Assembly: GCF_009914755.1 (NCBI RefSeq)
Contig: NC_060940.1
Length of the DNA: 64,000 nucleotides
Direction: 5' to 3' (one strand)
Source: the human T2T-CHM13v2.0 reference genome, Homo sapiens
In this document: piece after piece, positions 11,015-22,906 of the stretch
How positions within the stretch are numbered: position 1 is the stretch's first letter
How the letters are laid out: each line of letters begins with the position of its first letter
Notes under the pieces: model-generated
The model's database searches: none
Told to the model about the DNA's origin: nothing
What the model saw: only the letters and a program-made list of their open reading frames with translations
Position numbers and translations under genes: made by a program

Positions 11015-12757
11015 GACCACACGGGGGCGCCGTCTTCAGGCAACAACTGCTCCTCCTCCATGAGGATCATCTCAGGCCCAGTGGGCTCGTGCTGGGGTGG
11101 GGTGGCGACGCATGGACATTACTTTTCTGGGTCCTTACAACGGCTCAGGCACATGATAAAGTGATGCTGCTTTTACCGTTGAACACACTGAGGCCAGAAG
11201 TTGAGTTGTGGGCCGGGGTCACAGGCTCACATGGTCTAAGAGGCAGCTTCCAGTCGGATCTGTTTGTCGTGCGCTGCTCTGCGCTGCTTTCTGAGGAGCT
11301 GGTGTCTTTGCGGTTTCTCCCCGGCCGCCTGTTTGTTGGTCTTAAGGCGTCAGCCTCTCACTCATCCAACACTTGGTGTCACCTGCCCCGCGCTGTGTCC
11401 CGGACAGGGTTGGACACTCGCAGGGAGGCCTCAGACTGGGCCCTGCACGACAAGAACCCACTGGCCGGAGGAGTGACGAGGTCCTGCTCCCTCCCGCCCC
11501 GCTTCTCCCTCCTCATCTGCCGTGTGATCTCACCAAGATCCACTTGATTATTTGCTGGGCCTCATTGATTCCTGGCTCGTGGCCTTGGGAGCCGCAGAGC
11601 CTTGTGTTTCTCTTGCAAAAACAAGCAATCACACGAAAGGCTGTGCCTTTGAGTCCTGGTGGGCAAAGACTGTCAACGGAAGAGGTGTCCAGAATAAGGC
11701 TCTATTGTAGGTGAGGAAAAAGGGATTCCAGTCCCTTCCTTCACAGAGCCACATTTCCCTGAAGGCTCTGAAGTCCCATACGGGAAACCATGAGGGCCTT
11801 CCGGGAAGGAGGGGACCGCTGATTTCTGCAGCGAGTCCCTCCAGCGTCCCGGCCCCTCTCCGGCTGGGCCTGTCCCCAAGGCAGCCCCACGTACTTCACT
11901 TCTCCGCGCTGGGATCCGCGTGTGCTGGGCACACCACAGCTCTGCTGTCCTGGTGCTCTGTCTGATGGACAGACAAGACCCTGGGCACGAGGGCAGAGGA
12001 GCCCATGAAGGGAAGAGAGGATTGTGTGGCTGGCCGCTGAGGGAGCTCCATGAGGTGGTGTGGCCACACCCAGTGTGGGACCAAGACAAGCAGGGGCCAG
12101 GGGTACAGGAGCCCCTCATCGGGGTTGTGGCTGGGGCAGAGCTGGAGCTAAGGGTGGCGGGGGCAGGGGGGCGGGAGGTGGTACAAGGTGACGTTCAGAC
12201 TTCCTGAGGCAGTGGAGGGCATAAGAGGAGTCACACCTGGCCTCAGACGAGGAGGGTGGCTGAAACCACAGCAGGGCTGATGCAGAGGAGGGGGCCTGGG
12301 CCAAGGGAGCTGGAGATGTGGGGTGCACCCAGGGCCATCTGGAAAGTGAGCTAGGGGCCTGGAATGGATGGGTCGGGCACAGGACAGAGCAGCCAAGGTG
12401 GTCCTTCTGGCTTCAGGATGGCAGAACACAGAAGAGGAGCAGCCCGGGGCAGAGGCTGAGTCTGGTTTGCGAGTGAATGGGGATGTGTCCTGGAGGCAGC
12501 CAGATGTAGGGCTGGGGGGAGAGGTCTGGGCCAGGACAAAGCAGAGGGGCCTCAGAAAGGGCAGAAATGGAAGCTGCAGAGTCTCACTCCCAGGCAGGTG
12601 TCATGGTGGTTGCTGGGAAACCCCACTGCGGGGCAGCCAACCACGGCTCCAGCTCACTGCAGCCGCGTGGGGTACGGAATGTGGCAGGCCTGGGGCTGCT
12701 GAGAGAACCTGCAAACCGGGTTTTCTGTGAAATATCTTGATTTTAACATATTGGTCA

Positions 12758-13144
<387 letters not shown>

Positions 13145-14685
13145 TCAGGACAGAACCTGGGAGGAGGGGCTGTCCCAGGCAGACACTGTTGAGCTCAGTG
13201 GGAACAGTGAGGGTGCCCCACAGAGGAGGGAGGTGGGGACAGGATGTGTGGATTGATCTGTGCAGAAGTGGGCTGGGGTAGGGGGCGGGGGAGGGCCCGG
13301 CCTCTGAGCCACCTGTAGTAGGGTGGGAGTGAGGGGTGGGAGTAAGGGGCACATCCTCCCACCCTGGACCTGGCAACACATCCCCTTCCTCCCCAGAAAG
13401 TCACTCTAGCTGTCGAGACAAAAATATATCCAGGGAACAGAACACCAACGGACCATATGCCAAAATGGGAAGGTTGGATCTATCTGTCAGGAGTTGCTTC
13501 AATTTCAGCATCCCTTGCTGTGAATGAAGAGCAGAGGACCCAAACTCTGGGCCTGGCAGAGCCACACAAGAGCCATCGACGAACCAGAAGTGGGGGCCAG
13601 GGCCCTTGCTGCCTGCCCTGGCTCCCATAGGGCTTGAAGACAAGCTCTGCCACTCATGGCAGGCGCCAGGTTGCGCACCAGTGTTTCCCTGGGCAGGCGG
13701 AGTGTGGTTGCTTCTGAAGGCGAACTGGGAAGTGAGGAAACCTGCCCTAGGCAGGCCTCTGAACCGCAGCCCTCCCTGCAAAGCCACCACTTTTTCATGT
13801 CTCACCCTAAAGGGACAGAACCCACATCTGAAACAGCTGCTGCCTCTCAGGGCAGAAAGCCCTGTGCCGCATCCACTGGCCAAATGACGCTTCAGAAAAC
13901 CGTGGAAGCACCATGAGCGGCTTTTGGATAGAGAACAAAAGTCGACACTCTGAGCATCTCAGGCGCAGTAGAAGATAATGTGTAATGACCAAATTACCAC
14001 AGCCTAAAAACTCCTCCAATCGAATCCAAATTAGCAGAAATAATTATGATTCACTTTAATTAGTGACTATGGAAGCGAAACCATGGCTGGTGGGCAGACA
14101 GCCTGGCAGGGCAGCTGCACGACAGCCAGGAGGGAGGGGTGTCCAGGCCAGGGAAGCTAGTGGCCTCAGTGAGCCAGGCGGTGTCACGGCCTGGAGACCT
14201 GAGGGTCCCGTCTGCTTGCCTGATGCGCTTGGTCTGGGCTGGTCTCTCTGCCTCGTTATGAACCGACAGGGCCCCTACCTCCTGTTCTTCCTCACTTTAT
14301 CACTGCCACCATCTCCACGGCTACCACCGCCACTCTTGCGCCAGCTCAGAACCCTTCCCAGGCCTTACTGCTCTGTTCCACTCCCACCCTCTCTCCACTT
14401 TACAGTTGGGGAAATGGTGGCTCAGAGATCTGAGGAACGGGCCCAAGATCACCCAGATGGGTCTGTCTGAGCCCAGAGCCTCGGTGCTCATCCCTGCATT
14501 GGTCTTGACCCTGTCCCCGAGCCAGGGCCCTGCTGTTTGGCTCCAGGAAAGACCGCGTCTGCCTCCCACTCCAACCTCCCACTCCAGCCCCCATGACGAT
14601 GAGGACTCCCCGCTGCAGCCCCCCTGCCTACATGGCTCTAGGACCAGCTGGCACGTGGTCCTCAGGCTGGGCCGAGGTCTCCTAC

Positions 14686-16008
14686 CTTGAGAAACAGAGC
14701 TCCCTTAGAGGCCAGGGCATCGTCGTTACACTTGTTGGGGTAACAGTGATAGGCCACGTCCATGATGGGGTAGCGGCTGGCAAAGAGGAGGCCGCTGTTG
14801 AGACACTTGAAGCTGCAGCAGCCCTGGCAGCCGTAGACCCCGACGTCGTACAGGATGTACTCGAAGTAGCCGTGCAGCTGCTCTTTCAATTTGGTGGCTG
14901 CTCGCTTGTCAAACACCTCCTGCAGGCACAGGAAGTCCAGGTTGGCGGGGAAGAAGGCGGAGACCTCATGGTCGAAGGCCTCGTCGGGGTGCCGCCTCCT
15001 GCGTGCAGCCGCCTTCTTCACCACCGAGGCCTTGTACAGGAGCTTGCTGTTGGCACCTGGCTCCCCGCTGGCACTGGTGTCTGGCCCAGCTCGCCCCTTC
15101 ACCAGGGACTCCCGGGAGGCCGAGGGGCTGCCCAGGCTCCCTGAATCCCCGTCCTGCTGATTATGGTTGGGCGTCTGGCCCCTTGGGCCCCCGCCAGCTC
15201 CGTTCCTGGCCTGGCCCCCAGGCACAGGGTCGTCAGCTTCAGGTGGCCGGCCGCCCTCCTCGCCACCGATGCGCACGATGCAGGCATCCTCCGGGCTGCT
15301 GCTGTCGACAGGGTCCCCAGAGGCTGGGCCGTTGGCAGCCTCGTCACCGGGGTGCCGCCCACCGTCACCCTTGTACTCCACAGAGGCTGTCCTCTTAATG
15401 CTCCCGGGGACGGCCCGGGCCACCCCATCGCCGCCCTGTGGTGACACCAGGCTGCTGAAGCTAGCGGCGCTGATGGAGGTATTGGTGGGGGAGTCGATGT
15501 AAATTTTGATCTGGGGCCGGGCGGCCCCATTGCGGATTCTCTGCCCGATCTCCTTGGCCCGCGCTTGGGTGTTAAAAAGGTTGTTGACCCTGGCGAGTGA
15601 GTCGGGCAGGAGGCAGACGTTGGCAGTGGCAAAGCAGAAGCTTTTGCCAGGCCCCGTGCCCTTCCATTCACTGAGCAGGGCTGCCCCACCGGCCAGGCCC
15701 TTGTCTTCCAGCCGTGAATAGATGTAGGGCCGGCGGGCCGACTGCAGTGGGGACCAGAAGAGAAAGCCGAGAAACGCAAAGGGCAGCGAGGCCACCAGGA
15801 GGGCCAGGTAGATGGGCGTGAAGAGGGCAGTGCAGAGCAGCTGCAGGCAGCACGGGTCGTCTGCCCGCTGGCGCTTCTCGTAGGTGGTGGGTATGAAGGA
15901 GGCAGCGAGCCGGTCCACCAGCCAGTAGCATGGAAAGATAAGGGCCCAGGACACACAGTGCAGGGCGGACAGACAGCTGTTAGGAAAGGGGGTCGTGTAC
16001 AAAACCAT
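14686..16008 (-). CDS. SMPD3: SMPD3 exon 3, coding part (aa 1-441), neutral sphingomyelinase 2
   Basis: ATG in strong context (gcgATGg) with an in-frame TGA 9 nt upstream. MVLYTTPFPNSCLSALHCVSWAL...; two hydrophobic segments, PQIKIY calcineurin-docking motif, low-complexity insertion, LQE motif, DALASK switch. Donor AAG|GTAGG at 14685. Coding exons sum to 1968 nt. Confidence 0.98.
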
Positions 16009-16200
16009 CGCAGCTCACTGGGCGCCGCAGCCGGCCCTACTACATGGTGTCCGTGGCAGCTGCGGGCACTTTCCTGGGCGAGGGTGGGCGAGTTGGGGGC
16101 AGCTGGAGGAGGGGTCACCTCCTGGCGAGATGCAACTCCGGCTGGTCAATGGCGAATGTTGGCCAGCCGGTCATGGTTCACCTCGGTGGGCCATGCGGAG
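14830..16200. promoter_or_regulatory. Intragenic CpG-rich region over SMPD3 exon 3
   Basis: CpG and GC content visibly higher than the flanks; not computed. Confidence 0.55.
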
Positions 16201-16214
16201 GCCTACTGCAGACC
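16009..16214 (-). other. SMPD3: SMPD3 exon 3, 5' UTR part (206 nt)
   Basis: Minus-strand acceptor cttttgtctctgcAG at 16215-16216. Confidence 0.9.
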
Positions 16215-19200
16215 CTGCAGAGACAAAAGTAGGGGGACTGTTTTTAGTGATCTTCAGGGGAGTGGGTCAGATATGGGGCCTTTGCCCCAGCTCATCCCAC
16301 TCCTGCTTCCCCTGGTGTGAGTGGGACAGTTCTGAGAACCAGGCTGGAGCTGGCAGGCTCAGCAGGTGGCTGGGAGACAGCCCCCGCACACCGCTTCCTC
16401 CATGTATGCTGTTCTCTTGGAGCGAATAGCTTGGTGATATGACTGCCCCTAACTAACCATCTTGACCTTGTAACCCAATTGCTTGAAAAATGGTCCTGGT
16501 TTTCAGAGACTTACAGATTTGTGGGTGCAAAGGGAGCAGGCAGGGCATCCTAGAGGATGCCTGGGCCCACCCTGACCGGGGGCCGCCGGAAGCCCATCAG
16601 GAGCCAGGGCAGTTTTTAGAATGAGAGGGCAGGTGACCCTGGGTCAGAGGAGCCACAAACATGGCCACTTGTCATGGAGTGCCTGCCAGCTAAGGACAGA
16701 GCAGGAAAAAACAGCAGAGCAAAGGGGCCAGAGACTCCTGGAGCAGAGGGCAGTGTGGCCAGCAGGGCCGCAGGGGAGGGCGGTCCCCCTCCATGCACAA
16801 CCGGGCTGTCACTGTGGCCCCAGCCTGCAGTATCACACCAAGCCTGGTGCTTCCACTCCACTGACCGCGGGAGAAACCCCCCAGCAATGAGGATCCAAGC
16901 GCAGCCTGCGTCTTACCAACTTCCAGAACCATCAGAGTTCCCCTGACAGTCCCTGTGACTTTTGGAGAAGCTCCCTGGGGCTGTGTGGGTCTGGCCCAAG
17001 CTTTAACCGCTGTCCCTCATGTACTCCAAGATGCAGCCCAGTCGAGACCCACAGCCATCTGAATAAGCCCACCCTGGGTCCCCTGTGGGAGCCACAAGTG
17101 GGTCTCAGAGCAGACTCAGGGCTCCACCTAGGCAAGGCTGCCAGGTGCATCTATTGTGCTGAATGTAAAATCAATAAAGACAAGCTTCTGGAGTGTTTGC
17201 CCAGTCTCCGGGGACCCACGTGTGATCACCCCGTCGGGGAGCCTATAGAAGCGTAACCCAGACTTTCCATGACTGGAGCAGTTGGGCCACTCTTTTCCCA
17301 CCCACTGTCTTGCTGACTCAGCCCAGCTCCTGCCCTGGCACTTTGGGGGGTCTGAGCCCACGGTGCCATCCATCCTGACCCCACACCCTCTCCTCCTCCT
17401 GAATCCCTGGTCACCCAAGCCAGGGACCTAGGTGTCACTGGACTCTGCCTTTCCTCAGTCCCCATCAGTCCCTGCCACTCCTGCTGGACCCCCTGCACCG
17501 GCCTGGGACTGCATCACGGTTCCCCAACTTTATCAGCCTCCACAAGGGCTGCAGGGATGCTCTCTATGTAGTCCGCTGTGTCACAGCTGCCTCACACCTA
17601 CTGGAACTCCCTCAGCCCTTAGTGGGGAGCTCAGCCCCTCTGTCAGGCCTGCGGGTCTCTGCAGCCCCCTCCCCTGGACGCCCGCCTCTCACTTGTGTCC
17701 CGTCCCTGCCTGCCATTCCCCATCCTCTGCCCCTCGCCTCGCTCACCCTTTCTAAGACTCAACTTAGAAATTCCCTCCTTAGAAGACTTTTGGACCCCTT
17801 GCCCCGGTGGCTTAGGTGTCTCCACCGGTGGCTCTCATCCCCGCCACGTGTGGCCTGGTCTCTGCAGTTCTGTATCACAAATGCTCTGGGATATGGCCAC
17901 CTGCCCAGCAGACCGCAAGCTTCAGGAAAGAATAGGCTGCACAGGGGCGCCCTAGAGTCCCAGGCTTGCACCAGCAGGTATGCAGGACATGGGGGATGAG
18001 GGGAGGTTCACCTGGATGCCTCCAGCCAGAGAGGGGGCAGCTCTTTTCCCACCAACCCGAGGTGTGCGGAGGGGGTTTCTGTGGGGCATGTCAGAGGCCC
18101 CAGGGCAAGTCTGCAGTCACCATCTCCAGGGCTTAGCGTCTAAAGGTGAACTTGAGCTGGGGCTGTATCTGGTTCTGATAAGCAGCTTCACAAGGCTGTC
18201 ACTCTCCTCAGGGGAAATGCCTTTGAAGCCAACACTGGACGGGTGCAGTTTGGAGCAGCATGTGTATCTGTGCAGACCACAGCGGGGCAACCTGGAGCCA
18301 TGGGAAAGCAGCTCTGTGCTGGGCCTCAGTGAAATCTGGGACATGGGCATCTCACTCTGCGGCCAGTGCTCGTGGCTCAGTGCTCAGCGGGACTGGTGGG
18401 TGTCCAGGTCCACCCCCGCCTGCCATCTGGCTTGGGAGACTCCAGGACGTACTCCCTCATTCTTTCTCTAAAATCCCAGCAATTGCTGCAAGATGAATCA
18501 AACCTGCAGAGGGAGCGACAGCCCACTCACTCTCCCTCCCAGGCTGGAGGGTTCCCCCCCAGCAAACCTGCAGCCCTCATTGTGTGGAGCCGGCTGTCTT
18601 CACACTGGCTGGACTGACATCCACAGGAGGGGACACAGAGTCACCCACAGGCACCTGTCTCTGGTGGACCAGCTGGGGCCAGAGGGAGAGCTTGCAGGTC
18701 CTGTCCCTGTGGGGACAATGGGGGCGGGATGGGGGTCTCTCAAGGCTCTCCAGCCACCAGTAGTCCCTGCAGTTGGCACTAAGGCCTCAGGTTAAAGGTC
18801 CAGGCCAGATTCTTGGGGCCACCTGGACGTCACCCCAATGTCATGAAGCAGGCCCATTCCTGAGTCACCCTCATCTCTGTGGCCTGAGGTCACCAGCCCA
18901 GCCTGGCCAGCACCATCCTCACCTGAGCTCCTGCCTCACCCCGGCACTGCCCTGTTGCCCTCAGCCTCAGCCACAGCCCCGAGCCCACCACCAGTGTGCA
19001 GCGGGTCCTCCCAGACACAGCCGATTCTCTCTCTCCCTTTGGTGGTCTCACTGTCTTGGGGGACAAAGTCCAGTCTCCCAGTCTGTATCTAGGGGCCCTT
19101 TGTGCTTCTGCCTCCACCAGCTTTTCCCTCATCCACCCCCACCCTGGGCTCCACCAGCAGGAAGGGCTGTGCAGGCTGAGCCCTGGCGTGAGGACACTTT

Positions 19201-22200
19201 GGCAGAAGGATTCGGGAGGAGAAGGTCTATCCTGTCTGCACCATGCTGCCGTCCTGGCAGAACTGGCTGCTATTCCACAGTGTGGCCACAGCTCCCTCAT
19301 GGGTCAGAGGAGGGTGGAGACTCACTTCATCAAAGGGTTCCTAAGGGAATTCTGCAAAACTGCTCTCCCGTGTGGCGCATCCCTGACACTGGCCCATCAG
19401 GGCTGGGATCTGCTATTGGCTGAGATGGGGCTATGGAGGGTGTAGAGGAGAGAGACTCTCTCCTCAGCTGCCCTGGGCCCCCCTTTCTCCTGCTGTGATC
19501 CCAGAAACCCTGTGGGCCAGCTTCCCATGGCCCTGCCAGCAATGGTAGTGAGTGGCCAGTCCTGATCTTTACACTTCTCCTGGGCTGGCCAGAGGACTGT
19601 CTTTGGTCCTTATTCAGGAATTGATGGGATTTGAGGTGACTGGCAGCTGGTGGGCAGGAGTGGCCCAAGATCACTCCTCTAGGAAGTGGCAGAGCCAAGC
19701 ATGCCAGCCCTTCCCGCTGCCCTTCCAGGCCCCTCCTAGTGACTCCAGGTCCCCCGTCCATAGCCCCTCGCCAGCTTCCCAGCTGCTGCCCCCTGCCCTG
19801 CTCCTGTGTGCGGCCCCTGCCTCTGCATAGAAGCCGCTGGCGCAGGAGACACAAAAGGGATTGCCACCCACGGAGAAACCATGGAGCTAGTTTCTAAGGC
19901 TCTGTGGTTAATTATCTTGTCTCAGGGAAATGAAAGGAGGGTAAATAAGCAACAACACATTAATTAGTCTGATCTACACTTTCCCATGAAAGAGGAGAAC
20001 TACAGTTAAACATTAGAGGCTGGTAACTTTTCAGAGAAACCCCCAAGTCCTCAGAGAGGTGGCCAAGGCAGGACATGCTCCCTGGCCCGGGCCTGCTGCG
20101 TGGTGGTGCTCAGCCGCACTGGTGCCTGTCCCCTTCCTGTTGCCTGCGCTCCTTTGGCCTAGTTGGGCCATTGAGTGGGCCCAGGCCAGAGTCTGTCTCC
20201 AGGTGGGGGACTCCATGCCCCCGCTCTCTGCTTCCATGTCCCTGGACTGGCAAGTTTGCCAAGTAGAGTCCACTGTGGGCCCCTCTGAGGGGACTGGCAG
20301 GACCCCCAAAGGCCTTGAGGGCTGAGTTTTTGCAGCTCAACCTCAGACTGCATTGTTCCCCCAGGGCTCCTTATTTTGAAGTCCACAGTTATCCATGGAT
20401 TTGTCCCCTTTGCGAATCCTGGTATGTAGCTTCTGAGGTTGCCCAGAATGACATCCCCCAACACCATGCTCTCCAGACCTGAGTTGGAGTCCCGTTGTCT
20501 CCAGGTCGTCATAGGTCCTGGCAGGCCCCATGGTCACTCCTGAGCCCTGGGGTCAGTGTGGGAGGCCACACAGTACCCCAAGGCTGGGCTCCTGGGAGTC
20601 AGCCCCGACCTAGAAAAGGAGACTTTAGACCTGCCCCTGGCCCTCGGCTTCACCGGCCACTGCTTAGCTTGGGCTTGGGACTCAGGGTGACCTGAGTGCA
20701 ACCCTGCACTAGTCAGGACTTTCTACCTCCCAGGATGATCATAAGGACAGAAAGGAACCAGGCTAGAGACCTGGCCAGGCCCTGCTTCCTTCCCTACCCG
20801 CTCCTGGTAGGACCTCCCGACCACTCCTCCCCTGAGGGTCAGCCCTTGTGTGCCCTGTTTGCTCTCCCCAGCCTGGTGTCCTGGGCACGGTTCTGGGGGT
20901 CACTGGAGCCCACCCACAGAAGTCCCAGGATCCTGACTGTCCCAGAGCGCCTTCAGGAGCCTCAGAGACATCAGCCACACTGCCTAGGCTGGAGCTGCTG
21001 GACTTCACTAGCTTGTGGCTGTTCCCTGCAGTGGGGACTGGGCTGCAGGGAGCAGAGAGCTCCATGGTTTGCAGGTTGACCCAAGTAGGAGGAGAACTTG
21101 CCCTGGGACTTTGGGAGCCCAGAAAACCCCAAGTCCAGCTGTGAGGGGATGAGGGGAAGAAGTGAACAAGTCCTGGGCAGGACCCAGGTGGCCACAGCCC
21201 CAGCCGCTCCTGGTGGGTGTGTGGCATTGACAGCCGGCAGCCCCAGACTGCGGCTGCTCCTGCGAGTGACTGATAATTTGTAGTCAATCTGCAGCCATGA
21301 GACCCCTGTTGCTGACATATGACCTGAGGCATCACGGCACGGACAGTGGGAGACTATGGCTGCTCAGAGGCCTGCACTGAGCCAGAGCCCCCCTCCCTAG
21401 ACACTGGCCTGAGGGCTCAGGGGGCAGCTGATCTGCCATCACCAGCGGAGGGTGATCCCAGGAATAAGGCCTAGCCAGGCTGGTCCTGTCTGGACAAGCC
21501 ATGGTGGCCAGGACCTCTGCTACTGGACGTCAAATACCACCAGCACCAAGACAGTCATCCCATTTCCCAACTCCCTGGCAATAGACATGCAGGTGTAATG
21601 GCACACTGGCTCTGCTTGCACAGTGGTGCAAAGGGTCCTAGGTGGATCCTGGCTTTGAATTTGAATTTCTCTGGTGGTGGGAAAGTGAACAAGCCAGACC
21701 AGTTCTGCTGGTAAGGCAAGCCCTGGCCCCTGTGAGGAAGCCTACAGCATTTTCTAGGGATCTCTGAGCCCGGGGGAGCTTCTGGAAAATTGAGTAGGTT
21801 TGGGAGTTGCCCCACTTTGGCGCTAGGATGAGGCCTGTCTCCCCTCCACTGCCCTTTCCTCTGGCTCATGTGCTTGCTGACACTGCTCTTCCCGGCAGCA
21901 GGGCTGGGAGTCCCAGAGCAGAGAGGCCTCCTCTGAGTCCCTGCCGTGTCCGCAAGCTCATGTCTAAACAGGAGCTATGCCAAGCCCCTGGTTTCCGCAG
22001 GAAAAGCCACGTGGATTGCTCCAATCCAATTACCCAAGGTGCCTGCATCCGCCTGTGGCACTGAGCTCAGGCCGGGCCATTTCTGCCTGGATGCATGCTG
22101 CAGAGGAGTTGGCATGGCAACATGAGCTCTGAGCTGCTGAAACTTAAGTCAACTCGTGGCTGGGAGGACAGAAAGACAGAAGCGGATGCCTTTCTGAGTG

Positions 22201-22629
22201 ATGCAGGTTGGACACATCCACGCTAATTCCCGAAAGCCACATCCCAGGTAGAATTGGGGTCTGGGGTCTGGCAAGAACATGTGTGCTGTGGCAGCGGCTC
22301 CTACAGACACAGGTGTGCCAGGTAAATGCCTGTTCATCCATCTAGATCCAAAGCACCTGCCTCCTTCTCCCTGCAGTCCTCCCTGACCTGCACACCCCCC
22401 CACCCCCTCAGTCTGTCACTCTAATCAGGCACGTGTCTGTTTGCACGTCCTGGATGGAGCTCCAAGTCTCGGCACCACCACAAGCCTGAAGCCCACCCTG
22501 CTGCACTCCACAGGGAGGGCAGTGAGCCACCCAGGCCACTCAGCACCAGCCCTCCTGACCTGGAAGGTCACACAACCCAGCTAGACTACCCTAAGCTCTC
22601 CCTGGAACCCTTACTGGGCCCTTTAGGAA

Positions 22630-22906
22630 AGAGGCCTGCATTTTATCTGAGATGGAAGGTTAGGAACCTGAAGCTTCTGGAACCTTCTTTGAGAATGAAT
22701 CCAATTCAGAGGAAAACAGACCTTAGGGCTGGAAGGAAAGAGACCAAGTCCTAGAGACATCGTTGAGCTCTGATCTCCCCGCACCCAAAGCCAGCACAAC
22801 CCACAGACTTTCCAATTAATGATTCAGCAGTTCCCCTTTTCCTTGCTCTAGTCCCTTTGAGTTGGTTTCTGGCATTTGCCACCAAATGGATCCTGTCTCA
22901 GATACA
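22630..22906 (+). mobile_element. Old MaLR LTR fragment (MLT1K/L-like)
   Basis: 3' end tttgagttggtttctggcatttgccaccaaatggatcctgtctcagataca resembles an MLT1 terminus. Confidence 0.55.

Noticed and set aside
14593-15931. Plus-strand ORFs antisense to SMPD3 exon 3
   Set aside because: Expected shadows of GC-rich coding sequence; no splice or domain support.
14662-16008. 448-aa single-exon ORF as a complete protein
   Set aside because: The last 7 codons read past the exon 3 donor at 14685. The real CDS splices to exon 4, and I saw no nearby intronic poly(A) signal.
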